Of a DNA stretch of 64,000 nucleotides, positions 57,441 through 64,000 are shown one piece after another. The stretch spans positions 25,964 through 89,963 of the forward strand of contig JAAYCL010000014.1 in NCBI GenBank assembly GCA_012729785.1, in the 5' to 3' direction. Below the pieces are notes generated by a model. It was not told the DNA's origin and did not search any database. It saw only the letters and a list, made by a program, of their open reading frames with translations. Positions within the stretch are counted from its first letter, which is position 1, and every line of letters begins with the position of its first letter. The position numbers and the translations under genes are program-made. Source of the DNA: Chlamydiota bacterium. Lineage in GTDB: Bacteria; Auribacterota; Tritonobacteria; UBA1439.

Positions 57441-58670
57441 ATGAGAAAGGTCGCGTACTTCGACTGCTTCGCCGGCGTGAGCGGCGATATGATCCTCGGC
57501 GCCCTGCTCGACGCGGGGCTGCGCCTCGACGCGCTCCGCGGCGCACTCCGCGGTCTCCCCCTGCGCGGATGGCGCCTCGAGGCGCGCCGCGTGCGGCGCG
57601 AAGGGCTCGCCGGGACGAGGGCGTCCGTGACGATCGTTGCGGGGGCCGGGAAGACACTCCACGGGCTCGAGCCGATCCTGCGCCTGGTGCGGCGGAGCCG
57701 GCTCCCGGCGCCGGTGCGGCGGAGCGCCGAGGAGACGTTCCACCTCCTCGCGCGGGCCGAGTCGAGGGTCCACGGGGTGCGGCTCGCCGAGGCGCATTTC
57801 CACGAGGTCGGAGCCGTCGACTCCGTCGTCGACGTGCTCGGCGCCCTCGCAGGGCTGCAGCTGCTCGGCGTGGACGAGGTCCGCGCCTCCGCCCTCCCGT
57901 GGAACGGCGGGATGGTGCGGTGCGCGCACGGGCTTCTTCCGGTGCCTGCGCCCGCCACCGTCGAACTGCTGCGCGGGCTCCCGGTCGCGCCGCACCCCTC
58001 CCCCGGCGAGATGGTGACCCCGACCGGGATCGCGATCCTCCGGGCGGTCGCGGCGGGGTTCGGCGCCTGCCCGGCGATGACGGTTGTGCGCGTCGGCTAC
58101 GGGGCCGGGGAGAAACGCTTCCACGGCGTTCCCAATCTGCTGCGTCTCGTCCTCGGTGAGGCGGAGGGTGGGGACGGCGCCGGCGTCGTCACGGTCCTCG
58201 AGACCGAAATCGACGACATGCCGCCATCCCGGTACGACCACCTCTCGCGCCTCCTCTTCGAGGCGGGGGCGCTCGACGTCTTCATGACCCCGGTGTTGAT
58301 GAAGAAGAACCGCCCGGGCCAGCTCCTCACCGCCCTCCTTTCGCCGGGGTTGGCGGGCACGGCGGCGGAGATCGTGCTGCGCGAGAGCACGACGCTGGGG
58401 GTGCGGATGCGCGAGGAACGGCGCGTGACGCTCCCGCGGAGGATCGTCGAGGTGAAGACGCGGTTCGGGCGCGTCCGGGTGAAGCTGGCGCGGCGCCCGG
58501 GCGGACGGGTGACCGCCGCGCCGGAGCACGACGACTGCGCGGCGCTGGCGGCGAGGACGGGGGCGCCGCTGGACGAGGTGGCAAACGAGGCGCGGAAGGC
58601 GGCGGCGCGCAGGGCGGGGAGACGGCGGGGAGCCAAAGAGGAAAGGGGTGCGCGGTTATGGTCGAGATGA
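57441..58670 (+). CDS. larC: nickel insertion protein LarC (DUF111)
   Basis: [17 protein letters not shown]...[13 protein letters not shown]... is a DUF111/LarC signature. Confidence 0.75.
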   Translation: MRKVAYFDCFAGVSGDMILGALLDAGLRLDALRGALRGLPLRGWRLEARRVRREGLAGTRASVTIVAGAGKTLHGLEPILRLVRRSRLPAPVRRSAEETFHLLARAESRVHGVRLAEAHFHEVGAVDSVVDVLGALAGLQLLGVDEVRASALPWNGGMVRCAHGLLPVPAPATVELLRGLPVAPHPSPGEMVTPTGIAILRAVAAGFGACPAMTVVRVGYGAGEKRFHGVPNLLRLVLGEAEGGDGAGVVTVLETEIDDMPPSRYDHLSRLLFEAGALDVFMTPVLMKKNRPGQLLTALLSPGLAGTAAEIVLRESTTLGVRMREERRVTLPRRIVEVKTRFGRVRVKLARRPGGRVTAAPEHDDCAALAARTGAPLDEVANEARKAAARRAGRRRGAKEERGARLWSR

Positions 58671-59719
58671 AGGAGCTTCTGGAGCGCACGGTCGCCGAGG
58701 GGGCGTCCGACCTGCACATATGCGTCGGCTGTCCGCCGACGATACGGCTCCACGGGGGGCTGATCCCGCTCGAGGGGCCGCCGCTCGGGCCCGTGGACAC
58801 CGAACGGCTCGTCAAGGGCGTCACCTCCGACCAGAACCAGGAGAAGCTGCGCACGAAAGGAGGGGCCGACTTCGGCTTCAGTTTCGGCGACCAGGCGCGC
58901 TTCAGGGTGAGCGTCTACAAGCAGAAGGGCTCGATGGCGATGGCGCTGCGCCTGATCCCCAACCGCCTGCTGACGCTCGAGGAGATCGGCCTCCCCGCGA
59001 TGATCAAGACGCTCCTCTACAAGCCGCGCGGGCTGATTCTCGTCACCGGCCCCACCGGCTCGGGGAAGACGACCACGCTCGCCTCGATGCTGAACGTCAT
59101 CAACCAGGAGCGGGACTGCCACATCCTCACCATCGAGGACCCGATCGAATACTACCACGATCACGCGAAATCGGTCGTGACCCAGCGCGAGGTGGGGGTC
59201 GACGTCCCCGACTTCTCCGACGCGATCGTCCACGGCCTCCGGCAGGACCCGGACGTGATCCTCGTCGGGGAGATGCGCGACCTGCAGACGATGGAGGCGG
59301 CGATCAGCGCCGCCGAGACGGGGCACCTCGTCTTCGCCACCCTCCACACCACCGGCGCCGGGAGGACGATGGACCGGATCATCGACGCATTCCCCACCGG
59401 ACAGCAGGGACAGATCCGCTCCCAGCTCTCGCAGAGCATCGTGGCGGTGATCTCGCAGCTCCTGCTCCCGAAACTGAGCGGCTCGGGTCGGGTCGCGCCG
59501 ACCGAGATCATGATCGCGACCCCCTCCATCCAGAACCTCATCCGCGAGAACAAGACGTTCCGGATACAGTCCGACATCCAGACCGGAGCCCGGCACGGGA
59601 TGCGGACGCTGGACATGTCGCTGATGAACCTGTACCAGCAGGGGACGATCAGCTACGAGTCGATGATGAACGCCGCGCAGGATCCCGAGCAGATCTTGAT
59701 CCAGATCGGCGGACGGTGA
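58658..59719 (+). CDS. pilT: type IV pilus retraction ATPase PilT
   Basis: Walker [12 protein letters not shown] and PilT-specific AIRNLIRE-like block; overlaps the larC stop. Confidence 0.9.
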   Translation: MVEMKELLERTVAEGASDLHICVGCPPTIRLHGGLIPLEGPPLGPVDTERLVKGVTSDQNQEKLRTKGGADFGFSFGDQARFRVSVYKQKGSMAMALRLIPNRLLTLEEIGLPAMIKTLLYKPRGLILVTGPTGSGKTTTLASMLNVINQERDCHILTIEDPIEYYHDHAKSVVTQREVGVDVPDFSDAIVHGLRQDPDVILVGEMRDLQTMEAAISAAETGHLVFATLHTTGAGRTMDRIIDAFPTGQQGQIRSQLSQSIVAVISQLLLPKLSGSGRVAPTEIMIATPSIQNLIRENKTFRIQSDIQTGARHGMRTLDMSLMNLYQQGTISYESMMNAAQDPEQILIQIGGR

Positions 59720-59757
59720 CGCCGCCCGTTTCGCGGCGCACGGGTCGAAAATAATGG

Positions 59758-59788
59758 TTGACGGCTGCGGGGGGACGCATGCTACCAT
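59758..59788 (+). promoter_or_regulatory. promoter candidate TTGACG-N19-TG-C-TACCAT upstream of polA
   Basis: Extended -10 with TGn. Leader of about 175 nt containing the hairpin CATCATT-N9-AATGATG (59830-59856). Confidence 0.3.
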
Positions 59789-59966
59789 CCGCGCGGACTC
59801 AGGGGTGTTTCCGGGGCCGGTTGTCCCACCATCATTCAATCCCAAAATGATGATCCGGATCGCGCCGCGCGCGGCCGGCGTCGCGCCGCGTGGGCGGCGC
59901 TGCGCGTGAGACGTGCGTGTTCCTCGTCCACAGTCGATGAACTTGTGCCCCCCGGGCAGGTAACCG

Positions 59967-62594
59967 GTGCAACGTCGGACTCTCTTCCTCATCGACGGAA
60001 TGTCGTGCGCCTACAGGGCGTTCTACGCCATCCGCGATCTCCGCAGCTCCTCCGGTGAGCCGACCAACGCGGTCTACGGTTTTACCAACATGCTTCTCAA
60101 GCTGCTGCGCGAGCGGACGCCGGACGCCGTCGCCGTCGTCTTCGACACCCCGGCCCCGACGTTCCGGCACGAGCGTTTCGGCGCCTACAAGGCCACCCGG
60201 AAACCGATGCCGGACGATCTCTCCGTCCAGCTGCCGTTCATCCGGGAGGTCATCGACGCCTACCGGATCCCTTCGGTCCAGCGGGACGGGGTCGAGGCCG
60301 ACGACCTGATGGCGAGCCTGGCCGTGCGGGCGGTGGGGGAGGGGTACGACGTCTTTCTCGTCACCAGCGACAAGGATATGCTCCAGCTCGTCGGCGACCG
60401 CATCTCGGTGATCAGGCCCGAGGCCGGGGAGGTTTGCGACGCCGCCGCGGTGACGGCGCGCTTCGGCGTGGAGCCGGCGAAGGTAATCGAGGTGCTCGCG
60501 TTGGCGGGGGATGCGAGCGACAACGTGCCGGGGGTGCCCGGCATAGGGGAGAAGACGGCGATCGAGCTGGTGCGTCAATTCGGCGGCATCGAGGGGGTGC
60601 TCGCGCACGTGGCGGAGGTGAAGGGGGAGAAGCGCCGGGAGAAGCTGGTGCGCCACGCGGAGCAGGCGCGGCTCTCGCGCGAGCTGGTCACGCTCAAAAG
60701 GGACGTCCCGCTCGACATCGCGACCTCCGCGCTCGCCGTGAAGGAGCCCGACCGCGCGCGCCTCGGCGAGCTCTTCCGCCGATTCGAATTCAAAAGGCTC
60801 CAGGCGGAGTTCGCGGGCGGAAACGGCCCCGGCGTTGCGGAGTACCGCTGCCTCGAAGACCCCGAGGCCCTCGCGCAGCTCGCCGCCGCCCTCGCGAAAA
60901 CGGGAGGGTTCGCCCTGGAACTCGTGGCCACCTCTCGGGACCCGATGGCCGCGGAACTTGTCGGCATCGCCATCTGCAGCGCGCCGGGAGCGGCCTGCTA
61001 CGCGCCCGGAACCGGGCGCCTGCGGGAGCTGCTCGGGCCCTCCCTCGCGAACCCTAGGTTGATGAAGACCGGGCACGACCTCAAGCGCGCGGCGCGCCTG
61101 CTGCGCGGCGCGGGCCTGGAACTGGAGGGGCAGGCGTTCGACACGATGCTGGCCGCGTGGCTGCTCAACCCCTCGCGCGCCTCCTACGAGCTCGGCGACC
61201 TCGCCTTGGACTATTTGGACACACGCCTCGCCGCCTCCTCCGGCCTCGCCGGCAAGAAAAGCGCCTCCCTCGCGGAGCTCCCGCCGGCCGCGATCTCCCC
61301 CCACGCGTGCGCGGAGGCGGACGCCGTCCTCCGCCTGCGCGCCCTGATGGAGCCGCGCCTCGCCGAGCAGGGGATGGACGCCTTGTTCCGCGACATCGAG
61401 ATGCCGCTCGCGGAGGTTTTGGGGGGGATGGAGGAGACGGGGATACGGGTCGAGACGGAGCCGCTCCGGCGCCTCTCCGCGGAGCTGGGCGGCGCGCTCG
61501 AGGAACTCGAGTCCGCCATCCACCGGATGGCGGGGGGGGCGTTCAACCTGAACTCCCCGTCCCAGCTCGCGCGGGTGCTGTTCGAGCGGCTCGGTCTCAC
61601 CCCGACGAGGAAGATCAAGACCGGCTGGTCGACCGACTACGACGCGCTCCTCGATCTCTCCCGCCTGCATCCGCTCCCCGCCAAGCTCCTCGAGTACCGG
61701 AGCCTGAGCAAGCTGAAGAACACCTACGTCGACATCCTCCCGCGGCTGGTCAACGCGCGCACGGGGCGCATCCACACCACCTTCCGCCAGACGGGGACCG
61801 CGACCGGGCGACTCTCCTCGAGCGACCCGAACCTCCAGAACATCCCGGTGCGCACGGAGATCGGGAGGCGGATCCGGCAGGCGTTCGTGCCGGGACGCCC
61901 CGGGATGGTGCTGCTCTCCGCCGACTACTCGCAGATCGACCTCCGCGTCCTCGCCCACCTCTCGGGCGATCGGGAGCTCGTCGCGGCGTTCGCCCGCGGC
62001 GACGACATCCACGCCCGCACCGCCGCGGCGCTGTTCGGGGTCGAAGCCGCGGCGGTGACGCCGGAGATGCGCCGGCAGGCCAAGACGGTCAACTTCGGCA
62101 TCGTCTACGGGATGAGCGCCTTCGGGCTCGCGCGCGACCTTGGGATCGCGCCGGGGGAGGCGCGGGGGTTCATCGACCGGTACTTCCAGCACTACGCCGG
62201 CGTGCGCCGGTACATCGACGCCGCCTTGAAGGAGGCCGCCGCGCGCGGCTGGGTGGCGACGCTCCTCAACCGGCGGCGGGCCGTTCCCGAGCTCGCGAGC
62301 CGGAGCGGGCCGACCCGCGAGCAGGGGAGCCGGATCGCGACCAACGCGCCGATCCAGGGCTCCTCCGCGGATCTGATCAAGATCGCGATGCTCGCGATCG
62401 CGCGGGAGATGCGGGGCGGGCGATGGCGCGCGGCGATGCTGATTCAGATCCACGACGAGCTCCTCTTCGAGGTGGATCGGGAACAGGCAGTCGACTTCGG
62501 CGCGATGGTCCGGGAGAAGATGGAGAAGGCGTGGGCCCTCCGGGTGCCCCTGGAGGTGCGCCTGGAGACGGGCTCGAACTGGGGGGAGCTGTAA
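59967..62594 (+). CDS. polA: DNA polymerase I
   Basis: 5' nuclease domain (FLIDGMSCAYRAFYA), then Klenow-like polymerase motifs (RRQAKTVNFGIVYG, QIHDELLFE). Confidence 0.9.
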   Translation: MQRRTLFLIDGMSCAYRAFYAIRDLRSSSGEPTNAVYGFTNMLLKLLRERTPDAVAVVFDTPAPTFRHERFGAYKATRKPMPDDLSVQLPFIREVIDAYRIPSVQRDGVEADDLMASLAVRAVGEGYDVFLVTSDKDMLQLVGDRISVIRPEAGEVCDAAAVTARFGVEPAKVIEVLALAGDASDNVPGVPGIGEKTAIELVRQFGGIEGVLAHVAEVKGEKRREKLVRHAEQARLSRELVTLKRDVPLDIATSALAVKEPDRARLGELFRRFEFKRLQAEFAGGNGPGVAEYRCLEDPEALAQLAAALAKTGGFALELVATSRDPMAAELVGIAICSAPGAACYAPGTGRLRELLGPSLANPRLMKTGHDLKRAARLLRGAGLELEGQAFDTMLAAWLLNPSRASYELGDLALDYLDTRLAASSGLAGKKSASLAELPPAAISPHACAEADAVLRLRALMEPRLAEQGMDALFRDIEMPLAEVLGGMEETGIRVETEPLRRLSAELGGALEELESAIHRMAGGAFNLNSPSQLARVLFERLGLTPTRKIKTGWSTDYDALLDLSRLHPLPAKLLEYRSLSKLKNTYVDILPRLVNARTGRIHTTFRQTGTATGRLSSSDPNLQNIPVRTEIGRRIRQAFVPGRPGMVLLSADYSQIDLRVLAHLSGDRELVAAFARGDDIHARTAAALFGVEAAAVTPEMRRQAKTVNFGIVYGMSAFGLARDLGIAPGEARGFIDRYFQHYAGVRRYIDAALKEAAARGWVATLLNRRRAVPELASRSGPTREQGSRIATNAPIQGSSADLIKIAMLAIAREMRGGRWRAAMLIQIHDELLFEVDREQAVDFGAMVREKMEKAWALRVPLEVRLETGSNWGEL

Positions 62595-62602
62595 GGCGCG
62601 GT

Positions 62603-63256
62603 GTGAAGAAGGCGAAGGGTATAAAGGGCGCGAAGGGGGGGAGGGCTCCCCTTGTCACGATCGGGCTCACGGGCGGCTACGGCACCGGCAAGGGCACGGT
62701 TGCGGGGATCCTCGGCCGGCTCGGGGCGCTCGTGATCGACGCCGACGAGATCGCGCACGAGGCGATCGCCCCCCGCCGGCCGGCGTGGCGCGAAATCGTC
62801 CGCCTGTTCGGCGGGGGCATCTGCGCCCCGGACGGTTCGATCGACCGCCGCCGCCTCGCCGCCGTCGTCTTCAGGGACGGGCGCCTGCTCCGGCGCCTGA
62901 ACGCGATCGTCCACCCGAGGGTGGGGCGGGAGATCAGGCGGCGGCTCGCCCGCGCCCGGCGCGAGGGGGTGCGCCGCGTCGCGGTGGCGAACGTGCCGCT
63001 CCTCTTCGAGAGCGGCATGGACCGATGGTTCGATACGACGGTGGTGGTCGTCTGCCCGCGCGCGGAGCAGGTGCGCCGCTGCGCGGCCCGGGACCGGCTT
63101 TCGGGGCGCGAGGTCGTGCGCAGGATACGGTCGCAGTGGCCGATACGGGAGAAACTACGGCGTGCCCGCCATATCGTCGACAACGGCGGGACGCGTGCAT
63201 ATACGGAGAGGCAGGTGCGGAGACTGTGGGATTCATTGACAGGAGGTAACGCGTGA
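62603..63256 (+). CDS. coaE: dephospho-CoA kinase
   Basis: GTG start. P-loop [14 protein letters not shown]. Only the last 217 aa of track ORF 61157..63256 are real. Confidence 0.75.
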   Translation: MKKAKGIKGAKGGRAPLVTIGLTGGYGTGKGTVAGILGRLGALVIDADEIAHEAIAPRRPAWREIVRLFGGGICAPDGSIDRRRLAAVVFRDGRLLRRLNAIVHPRVGREIRRRLARARREGVRRVAVANVPLLFESGMDRWFDTTVVVVCPRAEQVRRCAARDRLSGREVVRRIRSQWPIREKLRRARHIVDNGGTRAYTERQVRRLWDSLTGGNA

Positions 63257-64000
63257 GACCGAGGACACGGATGGAGCCGGTGATGAACGAGATGCGGAGG
63301 CGCGAGGGACAGGAGCGGGAGGCGCCGCGTGAGGTCCGCCCGGAGGAGGCTGTTTCCCCGGCGGGGGGGGAGCAGGTCAATATCAGCAAGCTCCAGCAGA
63401 TGACGATGGCCCAGCTCAGCAGGATGGCGCGGGATTTGAAGATCGAGGGGATCGCCACCCTCAAGAAGCACCAGCTCATCCTGGAGATCCTGAAGGCGCG
63501 GGCGGTGGAGAACGGGCTGATGTTCGGCGAGGGCTGTCTCGAGATCCTCCCCGACGGCTTCGGGTTCCTCCGCTCGCAGAACTACAACTACCTCCCCTGT
63601 CCCGAGGACATCTACATCTCGCCGTCGCAGATCCGCAAGTTCGACCTCAAGAAGGGCGACACGATCTCCGGACAGATACGCCCGCCGAAGGACAAGGAGA
63701 GGTACTTCGCGCTCATCCGGGTCGAGGCGATCAACTACGAGTCCCCGGAGAAGGCGCGGGAGCGGACGCTGTTCGACAACCTCACGCCCCTCTACCCGCA
63801 CACGCGGCTGATGCTCGAGACCGCGCCGGACAACATCAGCATGCGGGTGATGGACCTCCTGACCCCGATCGGCAAGGGGCAGCGCGGGCTCATCGTCTCC
63901 CCGCCCCGGGCGGGCAAGACGATGCTGCTCCAGAAGGTCGCCAACAGCATCACGACCAACAACCCCGAGTGCTACCTGATCGTCCTCCTCATCGACGAGC
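63253..64000 (+). CDS. rho: transcription termination factor Rho, N-terminal part; continues past the window
   Basis: Rho N-terminal and CSD-like regions, then Walker [15 protein letters not shown] at 63253 lies 6 nt after AGGAGG and overlaps the coaE stop; the alternative ATG is at 63271. Confidence 0.85.
   Translation, partial: MRPRTRMEPVMNEMRRREGQEREAPREVRPEEAVSPAGGEQVNISKLQQMTMAQLSRMARDLKIEGIATLKKHQLILEILKARAVENGLMFGEGCLEILPDGFGFLRSQNYNYLPCPEDIYISPSQIRKFDLKKGDTISGQIRPPKDKERYFALIRVEAINYESPEKARERTLFDNLTPLYPHTRLMLETAPDNISMRVMDLLTPIGKGQRGLIVSPPRAGKTMLLQKVANSITTNNPECYLIVLLIDE

Noticed and set aside
59832-62453. 873-aa minus-strand ORF
   Set aside because: Antisense to polA.

Overview
The window is a 64 kb stretch of a high-GC (about 70%) bacterial chromosome, dense with housekeeping genes on both strands. 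Ribosome-binding sites are of the GGAGG type, GTG and TTG starts are frequent, and many adjacent genes overlap by 4 bp. Antisense and out-of-frame ORFs stay open for hundreds of codons here because of the GC content, so most of the long Arg/Pro/Gly-rich ORFs in the track are artefacts. No transposases, integrases, CRISPR arrays or rRNA genes were found.

Genes I could support from sequence:
- Start of window: ispG (3' part), chrA, a vapBC toxin-antitoxin pair, a cupin protein, an ABC-class ATPase, dtd, surE and nfo.
- Peptidases: an operon encoding a heterodimeric M16B zinc peptidase (one active and one inactive subunit) preceded by a nucleotidyltransferase-motif protein; an M4 metalloprotease; two tandem S41 C-terminal processing peptidases; and a CPBP intramembrane protease.
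- Other exported or signalling proteins: an exported SOD-like protein, an 8-blade PQQ-type beta-propeller protein, a NUDIX hydrolase, a PAS sensor histidine kinase and a CheY-like response regulator.
- tRNA modification and polyamine genes: mtnA, thiL, tsaE, tsaB, tsaD, pdaD and speB.
- Also arfB, nadE, a split transketolase, larB, larC, pilT, polA, coaE and the start of rho.
- RNA genes: tRNA-Val(CAC) on the minus strand and a type-A RNase P RNA (rnpB) directly downstream of a COG1579 zinc-ribbon gene.

Features that stand out:
- A roughly 1.5 kb low-GC (about 50%) island next to vapBC, carrying a secreted Zn-ribbon protein and an overlapping small ORF.
- A repeated AT-rich element of about 63 bp present twice. 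One copy is bounded by perfect 13-bp inverted repeats between thiL and tsaE, which looks like a miniature inverted-repeat element.
- Several tandem-repeat clusters in promoter regions.
- A Lys-rich protein built from two copies of an unrecognised domain.
- An unusual operon joining a two-subunit molybdenum hydroxylase (CoxL/CoxS-like) to a PP-loop ATPase, an RseC-like protein and a Thi4 thiazole synthase.
- larB and larC present without larA or larE nearby.
- Two FmdB zinc-ribbon paralogues, each next to small membrane proteins.
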